Assembly: GCA_977017575.1 (NCBI GenBank)
Contig: CDRNVI010000055.1
Coordinates: 62,001 to 126,000, forward strand
DNA: 64,000 bases
Direction: 5' to 3'
DNA from: Paramoeba atlantica
Taxonomy: Eukaryota > Protista > Discosea
In this document: one piece after another, positions 1 through 10,806 of the stretch
How the letters are laid out: the number at the start of each line of letters is the position of its first letter
How positions within the stretch are numbered: position 1 is the stretch's first letter
The notes under the pieces: generated by a model
The model's database searches: none
The model's input: the letters and a program-made list of their open reading frames with translations, nothing else
Told to the model about the DNA's origin: nothing
Translations under genes and position numbers: made by a program

Positions 1-196
1 TCATGGGGAAGTCCCGGGGGAAGGCCAGGGAGGCGGTGAAGGTGAGGCCGTGGTAGGGGGAGTCCGGGGGACCGCGCAGGGTGAGGTCCCAGGCGAAGAG
101 GTTGGCCTCGGAGACGTAGGTGCAGGAGAGGACGCCGTCGGAGGGGGGGAAGGACTGCATCAGGGCCATGTTTTTTTGCAGCACGCGGTGGGCCAT
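1..196 (-). CDS. Ubiquitin-conjugating enzyme E2, N-terminal part (runs off the window start)
   Basis: Manual translation from ATG at 196: MAHRVLQKNMALMQSFPPSDGVLSCTYVSEANLFAWDLTLRGPPDSPYHGLTFTASLAFPRDFPM. NLFxW..GPPDSPY.G..F...L.FP.DFP is the UBC fold signature. Not in the ORF track because it is truncated. Confidence 0.85.
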   Translation of the reverse strand, partial: MAHRVLQKNMALMQSFPPSDGVLSCTYVSEANLFAWDLTLRGPPDSPYHGLTFTASLAFPRDFPM

Positions 197-451
197 GGGG
201 AGGGGAGCGGGGTGGAAAGGGGTTAAGGAAAAGAATGGGCGACAAAGATAAAGGAGAAGTGGAGTGAAAAATTTACTTTTTGAGAGTCATAACAATTCCC
301 AAATCTTCTTTAATGTAATGTTCGAATAACCATTAAAAAAAGATGGGTACCGACCACAGTTTCGTTATCCAATAAGGGATGAACCACTCACACGTTGCAT
401 GCTTCATCCACGTCGCACATCCACGGGGATTTGGCTACACCTCCAACGACC

Positions 452-1798
452 TTAAATAAAATCGTCCTCGAGATCAAACGCGTCCTTACTGTCCTGCTCA
501 TGCACTTCGCCTTGCTCCAGCTCTTCCAGTTGTACAAAATCAATTTGATACCGAAGCAAACCTCCAATCCCACCGAACCCACGCACAAACTGCGCCCCCT
601 CTTGGCTTCGGTTCGTGACAAACTCCAGCGTGCAGCCGTACTTCCGGTACTTCTCTGCGAGGTGTTCGACGAGGGAGCCCGACTCGACCTCGAGCGTACA
701 AAGCCCAGTCTCCGGGTCTCGAGTAAAATCCTGTTTAGCAGCCTCCGCTGCACTCATGTCGTACTCGGTCACCGTACCCGTATTGGGGTCTGTTACCTCA
801 AAATGCTTCGTAGCGAGCTCCTCCCACACAATAAGTGTCTCCACGGCACCCATACGTAGTGCTTTCATGGTATCCTTTACGGAGTAGCAATACCGATTGG
901 TGTTTTGCGCAATTTCCTCCATAAATTTTTGCAGCAATTTCTTCTCTTGCACAAGTTTCACCCCCGCGAGCACAGGGCCGCTGAGATCAATTGCTTGGTT
1001 CAGCCCCACCTCCCCGGGGTGGGCAATATCCAGCACGGCGACGATCACGGCACGTAGCCGGGGGTCAAACAGGTCAGAGCCCGCGAGGACGTCTTTAAAA
1101 TCCGCGCTACCGGCCAGAACGAGACCAGAAATATTTGGACGATCGACGGCAATAAAAAACTGTGTCGCGAGCTCGGCGACTTTATGCACGTAGTTGTGTC
1201 GACGCTCCTCACGGATGCGTGCGAAACGGTTTTTACTTTGTCCCCCGCGTCCGTGTTTCTTTGGGAGATCCACGGCGAAACGGTGCAGGACATCGCGCTG
1301 GCTGCCCTGTACGGTAGCGTAGAGAGTCCCGGAGCCGTCGATAATAATAAACCCGAATTTGTCATCGCTTTCGAGCATTTTACGAAGCTCGTCGGTGTGG
1401 AATTTGTTGTCGCAGTGGTACATGCTGCGGGTGACGGGTTTAACGGGCTCAAAGTCGAAGGTGATTTTCTTCTCCTTGTTGTCCTCGGTGAGTACAGTGC
1501 CGCAGTACACAATAAGGCCATTGGGGGGTACCCCACGGTACATTTTTAGCCGACCCAGACACGCGGTGATGGCTGTCTGCACGGAGTTCCGGTTGCTTGC
1601 TGATTTAATGTTCGAAGCGGTGCCATGCTCCTCCGTAAGCTTTGTAGTCATTTTGGTGAGCTGATCTCGGGGAGTGAGGTAAAGGGAAATGACGGAAGTT
1701 CCGTTTCCTTTGGCAGCTTCCAGGTTTTCAATTAGCTTCTTTAGGCGCCATCGTTGCACCGCCTTGTCGCTTTCTTCGACAGATTTATCGTCTGACAT
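452..1798 (-). CDS. eRF1: Eukaryotic peptide chain release factor 1
   Basis: GTS, TASNIKS, YxCxxxF (YHCDNKF) and GGQ motifs intact; 448 aa; kinetoplastid-like VLTEDNKEKK segment. Confidence 0.98.
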   Translation of the reverse strand: MSDDKSVEESDKAVQRWRLKKLIENLEAAKGNGTSVISLYLTPRDQLTKMTTKLTEEHGTASNIKSASNRNSVQTAITACLGRLKMYRGVPPNGLIVYCGTVLTEDNKEKKITFDFEPVKPVTRSMYHCDNKFHTDELRKMLESDDKFGFIIIDGSGTLYATVQGSQRDVLHRFAVDLPKKHGRGGQSKNRFARIREERRHNYVHKVAELATQFFIAVDRPNISGLVLAGSADFKDVLAGSDLFDPRLRAVIVAVLDIAHPGEVGLNQAIDLSGPVLAGVKLVQEKKLLQKFMEEIAQNTNRYCYSVKDTMKALRMGAVETLIVWEELATKHFEVTDPNTGTVTEYDMSAAEAAKQDFTRDPETGLCTLEVESGSLVEHLAEKYRKYGCTLEFVTNRSQEGAQFVRGFGGIGGLLRYQIDFVQLEELEQGEVHEQDSKDAFDLEDDFI

Positions 1799-2202
1799 GT
1801 GGAAGAAATAGTGTGTGAACGTATGTTCTTCTAATTTTGTTTGTTGATAAGTATTGAGATTTTTCCCAAATGCCTCTTGAGTCTCATACTCACTATGTAA
1901 AAACTGTGTATATTTTAATCGAGGCTTTACTATTCTACTTTCCCAATACAGTGTAATTGGCCGATCACGCGCACTATTTTATTACGAGGAGCGAAACAGT
2001 AATGTAAACGAAGGGTCACAGTTTAGCCACATAACTTATCCACTAAATCGGAAAGGACCATCCTAATAACACCGTATTCAAATATTCAAGACATTATTCG
2101 TATTTCTTTCATACTGCTCTTCTGCCTTATGTTAGTCAAAAGTTACAAGTTTCCTTTCTCTCTTACACCAACTGACGCGTGTGCGTAATATTAACACGGG
2201 CT

Positions 2203-2307
2203 TTACTTGCTGCGTTGACGCATCTTTCGTCGTCGTCGCTTCAATCGCTGCAGTCTCTTCTTTCTCCATTTCGGGCGCATGCCTCGCGGGCGTGAGATTG
2301 TTCCCAT
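2203..2307 (-). CDS. RPL41: 60S ribosomal protein L41 (eL41), 34 aa
   Basis: MGTISRPRGMRPKWRKKRLQRLKRRRRKMRQRSK. Start moved from the track position to ATG at 2307. Confidence 0.85.
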   Translation of the reverse strand: MGTISRPRGMRPKWRKKRLQRLKRRRRKMRQRSK

Positions 2308-2681
2308 GAAATAGATTTTTAAAGTCTTATTAAGAACCACGTAAATGAACGTGTCTAAGCACAACTGCAAAGTCAAAATACAAAATATGATAAACGCTAT
2401 GATTTCCAAAGCATACAGACGAGTAAAATAAGGTTAAGACATTATGTAAGGAAACTTTGCAGTCACACTACAGAGTAGATTTTTAGCGGAAAAAATTATT
2501 AAGAATTTAGAATCAAATTCATTTTGAACATCGCTACGATAAAATAAAATGAATTTAGTAAAGCTACATACAAATAGTCGATGTGTTAAATACTCCATCT
2601 CAATAACGCTGTTTTCTATGACGAGAGAGTCCTTCACCTTATTTACCTTACCATGCTATCTACAAACTTGTACAGCTAAAC

Positions 2682-5600
2682 TCACAAAGCTTCTTCTTCA
2701 CTCTTTTGTGAAAAGCCTTCCTTCTTTTGTGGCTGTATCTCCATAAGCGCGACAGAGGCACTGATCTGCTTTTCCGATTCCTCTGAAAATTCACACACTT
2801 GATTAATCGCGGATTCTAAATACCGCTTCATTTTTTGTGCTCGGGTTCGAGTTCCCATACAAAGTTGAACCGCACTGCCTCCATTGCCGTGCTTGTTCAA
2901 CAATCCCTGCGCGGTCTCCGATGGCAACACAGCCAGTGCGCTGGTGACGGCACGAGCAAGCTGATCATCGATAGCTAAATTTCGCTCCTCCTCTGAACTC
3001 TCCGGCTCAATCACGTCATTTTCCTCCAGAAATTGTTGCACAAATTTGTGCGCTAAAACATCCTGTGGGATCCGGAGTGTGTTACATGGGGATCGCTCAA
3101 ACTGTTCGACAATACGAAAATACAGATGAGATAAGCGCAGCATAAATGTACTTCGCGGGTATCGAAATTTCCAGTGCCGGGGGGTCACGACATCAATGGT
3201 ACACGTGAGATCACTGTGCACAACGAACGGACGAACGGCGAAATCCGAACCTCGAGTGTGGGATCTCATCAATCGTACTTTCGCGAGGCCAGCGTAGGCG
3301 TCGGTGACCACGCGGGTGGATCTTGAAGAAAACCATAGATAGCGAGGAATGGTCTCTTCTCCGTTTACATGGTAGCGGGAAGGAGAGACTGTGTGCAGCA
3401 GAGGTCGTACAAAACTACGCGGGAGTCGGTAATACCACCACGTGGCACCGACCAGTCGATGGTGCGCGAGGGAGGCACGAAGTGCGGAGTGGAGATACAA
3501 ATTGGGTACACACAGGGAAATGGATTTTTGGAGCAACGCATGTGGGTCGCGTTGTTCGATTTGATTTACGGCGGTGGTAAGGCTCTTGGCCGTGAGATCG
3601 ATGAGTCTATTTGAAGAAAATGTGATCCCCGGGAGTTGTGAGTAGAGTAGGGGGTACAGTCGTAAATGGGAGCACTGTCCGTTGCGCAGGAAACTGTCTA
3701 AAATTTCTGCGTATTGTGCGGTTAATTCTTCAGTGAGTAGTTCAATGTGCTTCGAGATGTAGGAGGGAACGGATAAAATATTTTTCGATACCTCATCCTC
3801 CCAGAGCAAGGGGAGGGAGAGAGTATGAATAGGTCTCTCGACTTGATCGTCTAAAAGGAGATGCATTTCCGATACATGCTCTTCTTCTAAATTTGTTTCT
3901 CCTTGAGGCACGTTGACCTGCTTTTCTAAAACCGCATACGGTGTGCTGAGGGTATTATACCGTCCTGTGGGTATCCATGAGCGAGGACCAAAGAAGAACC
4001 AGCGCCGATACCCCTTTTCAAAGGTTTGTCCTTCAATGTCTTCGGGAAGTACATCTAGGGAAACATGCGGTAGGGTGCGCAGTGGATAAAAATCGTTCAC
4101 TTCAGTATTTTCTTGTAATAGGCGTGATGGTGGATACGTATGATGGAGGGCGAGCGCTCTTCGTAGTACCTTTTCCAATCTTCCTTCTCGAAACATGACT
4201 TTAGGTAACTTGGGAAGGTACTGGAGTAGATATCTTTCCTCGATACTCAGCATATCCTTTTTGTCTTCCAATAACATGGACACAGTAACGTAGAGTGGCA
4301 TCATCAATGGGTCAGTTGCAAGAAAGAAATCAACGAGTCTCATCATCACCGGCATGCATGAATCTTCTCGGAACGCCCCAACAAACATAAATGAATTCCA
4401 TGCATGCGCATACGCACCTTGCACGACATAAGGGTCTGATGATGATAAATGTGTCGCCAGTTCTTCAGATTGCGTGGCTACTAGTGGCAGCACCAGTCGA
4501 CTCATTGTTAGAAATTTGTCTCCAGCATTTCTGCCTGAAAAATACTCATGTAGCCAGTATCGTGCCAGACCTTGTAGCACCTGTCGGGCACCCGTTTCCC
4601 CACAAGCAGCCATGGCGACGCTAGTAACATCGTTAATCCCCTGGTAGTACTGCCAGCTCATGTCCACCCCCATGCTCTGCTCTAGTATTTCGCGCAACAT
4701 TTTTTGATTTACGTTCTCGTAGTTCGTTCGAGGAACATCTGCGCCTATAATGGCTCTCTCCGCCGGTTTTCCTCTACTAAACTCCATGTAAGATATGGAT
4801 CGGCGCATCAACAAAGGCCATGCAAGCCTTCTCTGCTCTTCTGACAAACCCTTGTCGATAGCTTGCTGGCGAAGCACACTTTCACTAGGAGCAAATTCTT
4901 CAAAATGTTCATGCTCCACCTGCCGTAACATGTCACAATGATCAGCAAAGCGGTCTCGGTTAAAGACTACGAAAGGGCTCGATCTCCAACGCAAAGTGTT
5001 ACCCCACAAAGAAGGTTTTACGCGTGAGCATTCCATCACTAAATGCATAACAGAGGTCCGCGTGACTTTTTTCGTGAGATCACCAAGATCCACAATCACA
5101 TTGTTCTGCTCCTCTGGGGATAAGCGTATATCCATGGCGTAAAACAGGTCCTTATCCGCAGCGTCCGGTAGCCCAGCAAAAAATTGAAGCTGACATTCGG
5201 CCCTCATATGGGGCACCGTATTCCACTGCACGGAGAGTTGCTCCGTTGTATCAAAGACGGGCATCCGTAATTTTCCAGCATTTCTACCCGATAAACATAA
5301 CTGAGGAGCCGGTGTGGTAAACGCCGCCACAGATTGTGGTTCAGCCGGCATCCAAATATCAAAAGAATGCGTACTCGGGGGTAAATTTCCCACTCGAAGC
5401 ACCAGACGGTACTGTCCAGGGCTTCCTTCCCTGTCCGGCAAGAGAATCCTCCAACGATGAGCAGATGTCTGTTCCCGCAAACTCGCAAGAAGAAATTCCC
5501 GAACCTGTAGTTTACCCTCATTGCAAGGAGCAGTGACTCCCTGTGCGGTTCCAAAGTTTGAGTCAATCGCAATGTCCCTTAAGGTCTCATAATTCCGGCT

Positions 5601-6314
5601 TCCTGGTGCACGATACTCCACGAACAGTGTACTGGAAGCGACCCTCTCTGGAGATTGTAACCGGAAAATAAAACTAAACTCCACGGCGTGCGTGTGGAAG
5701 TCGACCGTCGAATAAGGAGCTGCCGTAAAAATCGGATTGTGCACGACCTCCGAAGAATGGATTTCGCCCTCGGTAATTACAGAAAAAGGAGGTGAAATTT
5801 CAGTGCCCACTTTGATAATATATTTTCCAGGCTGTAGGGATGGGGGAAGAGGGCAAGCCTCAGTGACCTCATCTAGTCGTCGATCGCAGGAAACACACTG
5901 AAGTTTGTGGCTTTGGAGCCATGGCATGGGAATCTTCTCGTCGAATGGACAGATCCGCTGCCTGGACTCCAGGCGGTTGTCCTCAAAAGGGAGCTCCGAC
6001 ACAGGAGGGAGGTTCCCGTAGGCCTCGACGGATCTTCCTTTCACAAGGATGCTATCCCCCACGCAGGCAAAGGGTCCTACTTTGTCATCGTAGCCCGGGG
6101 CCTCGATCGATAAGTCTGTGTACTCTGTCCAGTGCGGGATATGATATTTCGGGCGAGTAAGAATGTGACTTAAGAGCAACCCCTCATGGGTGTCGAGGAG
6201 GCGTGAGGCCTCGTGTTTCGAGAGATGATAATCCTGAAGGAGTTGCTCATGGGAATCGCGGGAGAAAACAGCATCTCCGGTGGACACTAAATGAAGGAAT
6301 ATCGGTAGAAACAT
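2682..6314 (-). CDS. Large protein with a central TBC (Rab-GAP) domain
   Basis: RRLAWPLL..IIGADVPRT (IxxDxxR) and YYQGINDV (YxQ) motifs; 1210-aa uninterrupted ORF; flanking regions not recognised. Confidence 0.7.
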   Translation of the reverse strand: MFLPIFLHLVSTGDAVFSRDSHEQLLQDYHLSKHEASRLLDTHEGLLLSHILTRPKYHIPHWTEYTDLSIEAPGYDDKVGPFACVGDSILVKGRSVEAYGNLPPVSELPFEDNRLESRQRICPFDEKIPMPWLQSHKLQCVSCDRRLDEVTEACPLPPSLQPGKYIIKVGTEISPPFSVITEGEIHSSEVVHNPIFTAAPYSTVDFHTHAVEFSFIFRLQSPERVASSTLFVEYRAPGSRNYETLRDIAIDSNFGTAQGVTAPCNEGKLQVREFLLASLREQTSAHRWRILLPDREGSPGQYRLVLRVGNLPPSTHSFDIWMPAEPQSVAAFTTPAPQLCLSGRNAGKLRMPVFDTTEQLSVQWNTVPHMRAECQLQFFAGLPDAADKDLFYAMDIRLSPEEQNNVIVDLGDLTKKVTRTSVMHLVMECSRVKPSLWGNTLRWRSSPFVVFNRDRFADHCDMLRQVEHEHFEEFAPSESVLRQQAIDKGLSEEQRRLAWPLLMRRSISYMEFSRGKPAERAIIGADVPRTNYENVNQKMLREILEQSMGVDMSWQYYQGINDVTSVAMAACGETGARQVLQGLARYWLHEYFSGRNAGDKFLTMSRLVLPLVATQSEELATHLSSSDPYVVQGAYAHAWNSFMFVGAFREDSCMPVMMRLVDFFLATDPLMMPLYVTVSMLLEDKKDMLSIEERYLLQYLPKLPKVMFREGRLEKVLRRALALHHTYPPSRLLQENTEVNDFYPLRTLPHVSLDVLPEDIEGQTFEKGYRRWFFFGPRSWIPTGRYNTLSTPYAVLEKQVNVPQGETNLEEEHVSEMHLLLDDQVERPIHTLSLPLLWEDEVSKNILSVPSYISKHIELLTEELTAQYAEILDSFLRNGQCSHLRLYPLLYSQLPGITFSSNRLIDLTAKSLTTAVNQIEQRDPHALLQKSISLCVPNLYLHSALRASLAHHRLVGATWWYYRLPRSFVRPLLHTVSPSRYHVNGEETIPRYLWFSSRSTRVVTDAYAGLAKVRLMRSHTRGSDFAVRPFVVHSDLTCTIDVVTPRHWKFRYPRSTFMLRLSHLYFRIVEQFERSPCNTLRIPQDVLAHKFVQQFLEENDVIEPESSEEERNLAIDDQLARAVTSALAVLPSETAQGLLNKHGNGGSAVQLCMGTRTRAQKMKRYLESAINQVCEFSEESEKQISASVALMEIQPQKKEGFSQKSEEEAL

Positions 6315-6747
6315 GGAGTGAGCCTCGTGTTAAATCACGCGATCAAAATGAGCTCTAATGATAATTTTTATGTAAGAAATGCAGTGGATTGATAACGTAT
6401 GAATATTTGTTGAGTGACATCTCTATTGTAAGACACACGGCGTAAATATTGCTTAAGCTGAAAGGCTTAAAAGGTTTTAATCTATTTATTTTTGTTAATT
6501 CCACAGATAAAACATACAGACGATAAAAAGGTAAAAAAAAAGTCGTAAAGAAGTCGACTCTCTTTTCCGTGTTGCAAGGGTTCCCAAAAAGTGAACGACG
6601 CGAATATGAATGTGCAAGTATAACAAACATGAATCAGAAGCATGACTATGTCTCTGAAGAAGAATAGCGAATTGTCGAGAGATCATATCCCCCATGTCAT
6701 TGTAAATCACATACCTCCGATGCGCTGAATACTGGTTTGGCTTGTTT

Positions 6748-8163
6748 CTATGATTGAGTTACGGGAGAAAATTTTGTGACCTGAGGAGCGAAAGGCGTGG
6801 GAAAAGAACTTTTCGTTTGTGGATTGCTAGGATTCGAAAACGTTGAGTACAAATTAATTCGGTTCCCATGTGTTGCGTGTCCACTATTTTTTGATTCTGA
6901 TTTAGGAGCCGTGGGATCTCCTGTCGGTTGCGCCGGGGCGCCACAAAATTTGGTTGCAAAAGTTTCACTGGAATGATTTTGAGTGCTTGGCTGCGGTACG
7001 TCCTGATCGAGTTTTACTGCTTTCTCCATTTGTGGTATTATTTTTGCTCCATTCCTACCGAGGTCCATGTATCCCAGACCGTTAATCTGAGCCTGGTGTA
7101 GCGCCAGGCGAAGCATTCCGTATCGTAGAGGAGTAACGAATCGCCCCAGGTTAAGGCGATCCTCATACGGATCCTCAATACAGAGACGGTAAAAGAAGGC
7201 ATTACCGTCTCCTCTCATCTTCTCCTCGTCTTGAGAGGTCCACTCAAGGTCAGCTTTTTTCGTCTTGCTCGGACGACTCAGTGTCACTACGTCGTTTGAA
7301 AAGTCAAATTCATGGTTATAAAAAGTAAGAAAATCACGCATGTGAAATCCAAGTTCGTTGCGTTGCTCTTCCAAATCGAAAACGCTGTATTTCGGAAGAA
7401 CAGGCTCCTGAGTTGGTACCGTAATACTCTGTGGATCAATAAAATTCATCTTTGATCGCTGTATCATGTAGTAGCACAGTAGAATATTAAGCGCATAGGA
7501 CGTGAGGTAGGCTTGTGCTGGATCAATAAGCCCCGTTCTTTTACCCCAAACCTTTATCGCAAGTGACATGAAACGAAAAAACGAATTAGAGGACCCGGAA
7601 AGTGTAGAGTTACTCGACACGAACGGCTGTGCTAAATAATTTCGTAGCAAAAGGCTGTTTCTTACACCATTTCTGCGGTTGGCGCTGATGTCTATTTCTT
7701 GCCCATTTTTCATAACACATCTAACGTATGGAACACGTGCACGAGGCTTTTCTTGGATCGCAGAGAAAGTCTCTGTATATCGCATCAGAGTTTTCGCCAC
7801 TAAATTGAGCACAAAATTTTGTTCTGAGCGCGACTGTGAAGTACTTGGGTCTCCAACAGAGGGAGGTTGCTTCAAATCTTTCTCGGTGAGTAGTACACAA
7901 TCGACATCACTTTTGGGCTCGACTACACTATTGACTACACAGGACCCGAAGAGGTAGAGCTTCGCTTTGTGCACACGCAATATGTCGGATAATTTGGAGG
8001 TCAATACACTGTGGGTGTCTCGAATACGATCCATGCATTGCGGGTCCCTGTCAACGAGGCTGAGCAAGGCTCGATGTGTGGCCGTGCTCCAAGGCGAGAG
8101 ACACTCATCTGGAATGCAAACTCGTTGCCGAACAACTTTCTCCCAAGATCCGTCAAAATTCAT
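6748..8163 (-). CDS. TUT4: Terminal uridylyltransferase, TUT4-like (RET2/MEAT1 family)
   Basis: FGS..N...KSDVD catalytic motif, RRNGVRNSLLLR, YLTSY, LCIEDPYEDRLNLGRFVTPL, all resembling trypanosome TUT4 as recalled. Confidence 0.88.
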   Translation of the reverse strand: MNFDGSWEKVVRQRVCIPDECLSPWSTATHRALLSLVDRDPQCMDRIRDTHSVLTSKLSDILRVHKAKLYLFGSCVVNSVVEPKSDVDCVLLTEKDLKQPPSVGDPSTSQSRSEQNFVLNLVAKTLMRYTETFSAIQEKPRARVPYVRCVMKNGQEIDISANRRNGVRNSLLLRNYLAQPFVSSNSTLSGSSNSFFRFMSLAIKVWGKRTGLIDPAQAYLTSYALNILLCYYMIQRSKMNFIDPQSITVPTQEPVLPKYSVFDLEEQRNELGFHMRDFLTFYNHEFDFSNDVVTLSRPSKTKKADLEWTSQDEEKMRGDGNAFFYRLCIEDPYEDRLNLGRFVTPLRYGMLRLALHQAQINGLGYMDLGRNGAKIIPQMEKAVKLDQDVPQPSTQNHSSETFATKFCGAPAQPTGDPTAPKSESKNSGHATHGNRINLYSTFSNPSNPQTKSSFPTPFAPQVTKFSPVTQS

Positions 8164-8287
8164 TACAGTGATAAAGATGAGATGTAGACGCTATGTGAGT
8201 GTGGTGAAAGTTATTTCGTGGCAATAGAAAGCAGAAATATTGTACTGAATAAGTATAAAAATAATACCGAAAGAACGATTCATTACT

Positions 8288-10441
8288 TTAGACACAGGCC
8301 CCGTTATTCATATCACTGGTACGATGATGGTATAGCGGAGAAAAACTAGTCACAAAAGGATGAGCTGCAATGTCACGAGCTGTGAGACGACTTTTTTGCT
8401 CATAATGGAGCAACCCTTGCAAAAGAGAGAGAAAAGCTGCTGCTACATGTGCGTTTCCGCAGCATCTCTCGACGAAATCCGGCAAGGAGCGCATACGACT
8501 AAGCTTTATACAACTACTAGACAGAGGAGGCCGTAACGCGGAGCCACTAAAAAACCCTTTTGCTTCAGGAGAGCAGTTTCTAACCCAATCGCTCGGCAAC
8601 GGTCCCAAGATACGCTGCATCATGTGAAGGTGCTCCAGGTTGTCATGGGTCTCGAAGAGCAGTTTCCCTGTCAGCATTTCGACTAGGATGCACCCTACGC
8701 TCCACATATCCGCGGGATACATCCAGCCGAGACCTAAAATAACTTCCGGAGCCCTGTAGTGTCGGGTGGATACGATCGCGTACTTCGCGTGTGTCTCCTC
8801 CGTGCATCCGCCCAGATCACATATCTTAAGCCGAAGAGGGGCTCCTGCGTGATTGGCCGGGGTAAAATTACATTCCAATGACAACACGTTCTCCGGTTTT
8901 AAATCCGTATGCATCAGTCGCAACCGAGAGTGTAGGAAGTCAAGACCGCGACCCAACTCGTAGGCTAAGTCCGCCACATGGGCAATCGAAAAAGGGCCAT
9001 GTTTTTGTAAAAGCTCCAACGCGCAGGGACCGTATCGCGGCATCACAATGCACATATGCCCCCCGGCGTTCAAAAAACTTTTCCATGGCTTAATAAACGG
9101 CTCGGTATCCGACGGATCGGCCAACGCAATACGCTGCATGTACTGCACCTCAATTGTCGCATCCCGGGTGTATTTCGGAATGTTCCGGACGATTTTCACT
9201 GCACAATACTGCCGTCGTTTCCGGTCCCAGCACTCGACGACCTTCCCGAATGTTCCTTGCCCCAGCAAGGATAGAATTTTAAACCGCCCCTCGCCGGGGT
9301 CCGCGTCCTCTCCCAGCACCACATAAAAGTGTCCCTGCTCCATGCATTGATTCGGTAGCGCATAGGTTACTTTTTTTCGTGTCTGTGATGAGGCCAGCGG
9401 GACTGCAGCCCTTTGTTCCCCATTATTTTCTACATTTGTGCTTTTGTCTGCCACTGCGCTCGCAACCCCATTCGAGGGTACAGTCGGGTGCATTAACGTT
9501 TGAAACGCAGGAGGGGGCGGAGGGAGACGACGAGGGGTAAGTCCCATCTCCTCTCTTTGTGGCTTTCTATTTTCCTGTGGGGTTTGCTGTACCGAAAACA
9601 CATTTGTTGGCATTCGTGGAGTCTCATGCATTCGTGAAGTCTCATGCCTTCGTGGAGTCTCATGAATTTTTAATGTCTCATGCATTCGTAAAGTCTCATG
9701 CCTTCGTGGAGTCTCATGCCCTCTCTCTTCTCGAGGCGTTGCCAAATTGAGCTTCCCTTTATTACGTGTTGGATGGAACTCGAGTCGAGAAAGCTCTTGT
9801 GGGTCTCGAGGCGTCATGGGGAACACAACACCTCGAGGGGTCGTGTTGGGGTCCCCTGTTTTCACTGTGCCTTGAAAACGGTTTTGAGGGTTTCCATGAA
9901 ACTCAAAAGGGAAGGCTGGATGAGAGGCTTGGGGAGGAGGAGCAGCGTCGGGAGCGTTTCCTCCGGGAAACAAAGGAAGAGGAGGAGCCGGGCCTCGAGG
10001 GGGTAGAACGTTAAGGTTTCGTCGAGACGCCCTCGGGGAGACCAGCGGCGCTGTGGTCTCTGTTGGGTTCACACGGGACCAGTAGGCTGGGGGCATGGTG
10101 TGCCATGCGGATTTAGAGGGATGGGTTTGGGCGAGTTTGGAGGGGTGGAGACGCGCTCGTGGCGTGAGCATGGAGTGAGAGGTCTCGGGATGAGGAAGAA
10201 GGGGGTTCGGGGGAAACAACCCCCCGATGCGGGACTCTCGAGTAGTGAAGGCTCCGTTGAGCTGAGCGCGAGGCGTGTGACGTGCACTGTTTGTAGCATT
10301 GGAAGAAGAAGGGGGGTGGAGGGAGAGTTTCTCCACGCGGTCGAGTGCGAGGTTGGGTATGGCGGGTGGGGCGGTGTTGGGTCTTCGCGCGCGGAGAGGC
10401 CGACGGATGGGGTCAGGAATGCGATCGGCGACGTGTTGCAT
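8288..10441 (-). CDS. CLK1: CLK/LAMMER kinase, KKT10/KKT19-like kinetochore kinase, with long Pro-rich N-terminus
   Basis: LGQGTFGKV, AVKIVRNIPKYTRDA, HTDLKPEN, STRHYRAPE, EHLHMMQRILG (LAMMER motif). Confidence 0.92.
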   Translation of the reverse strand: MQHVADRIPDPIRRPLRARRPNTAPPAIPNLALDRVEKLSLHPPSSSNATNSARHTPRAQLNGAFTTRESRIGGLFPPNPLLPHPETSHSMLTPRARLHPSKLAQTHPSKSAWHTMPPAYWSRVNPTETTAPLVSPRASRRNLNVLPPRGPAPPLPLFPGGNAPDAAPPPQASHPAFPFEFHGNPQNRFQGTVKTGDPNTTPRGVVFPMTPRDPQELSRLEFHPTRNKGKLNLATPREERGHETPRRHETLRMHETLKIHETPRRHETSRMHETPRMPTNVFSVQQTPQENRKPQREEMGLTPRRLPPPPPAFQTLMHPTVPSNGVASAVADKSTNVENNGEQRAAVPLASSQTRKKVTYALPNQCMEQGHFYVVLGEDADPGEGRFKILSLLGQGTFGKVVECWDRKRRQYCAVKIVRNIPKYTRDATIEVQYMQRIALADPSDTEPFIKPWKSFLNAGGHMCIVMPRYGPCALELLQKHGPFSIAHVADLAYELGRGLDFLHSRLRLMHTDLKPENVLSLECNFTPANHAGAPLRLKICDLGGCTEETHAKYAIVSTRHYRAPEVILGLGWMYPADMWSVGCILVEMLTGKLLFETHDNLEHLHMMQRILGPLPSDWVRNCSPEAKGFFSGSALRPPLSSSCIKLSRMRSLPDFVERCCGNAHVAAAFLSLLQGLLHYEQKSRLTARDIAAHPFVTSFSPLYHHRTSDMNNGACV
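9611..9718 (-). repeat. Six in-frame 18-bp repeats (HETPRR-like) in the kinase N-terminus
   Basis: Unit c[a/c]ttcgtggagtctcatg with variants; encodes HETPRR HETLRM HETLKI HETPRR HETSRM HETPRM. Confidence 0.95.
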
Positions 10442-10806
10442 GAGGGGACATTAGTAGGAGGAATTCAGAGGACGGTTTTTAAGATCGCTAAAGGTATGTT
10501 ATTGCGAAGAAAAAGGTTTGCTTTTATGTCCTGTGATTCAAATCTTATAGATATACAGATATATCTTCTAGATATATAGATATATCTTTGTAGATGTATG
10601 ACACTATATTTTTTTGATAACCCTATCATGCCCCGTCATGCAAAAAATAAGCATACGGCTTTGATATTTAACTTAATAGGCATGCTTCATTTTTTGATGA
10701 GCTTCTGTTTCAAGCGTAAGAAATTTATTTTTCCCCAAAACGAGTGATTGCAGAGATCTTTGTAGATTTCCCAATGCGTTCATTTTTTCAGAGAGTTTTA
10801 CGAATC

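Noticed and set aside
452-1798. Stop-codon reassignment signalled by eRF1
   Set aside because: GTS, NIKS, Ser70-equivalent and YxCxxxF are intact; intact genes checked end in TAA or TGA, gag ends in TAG, and none has internal stops.
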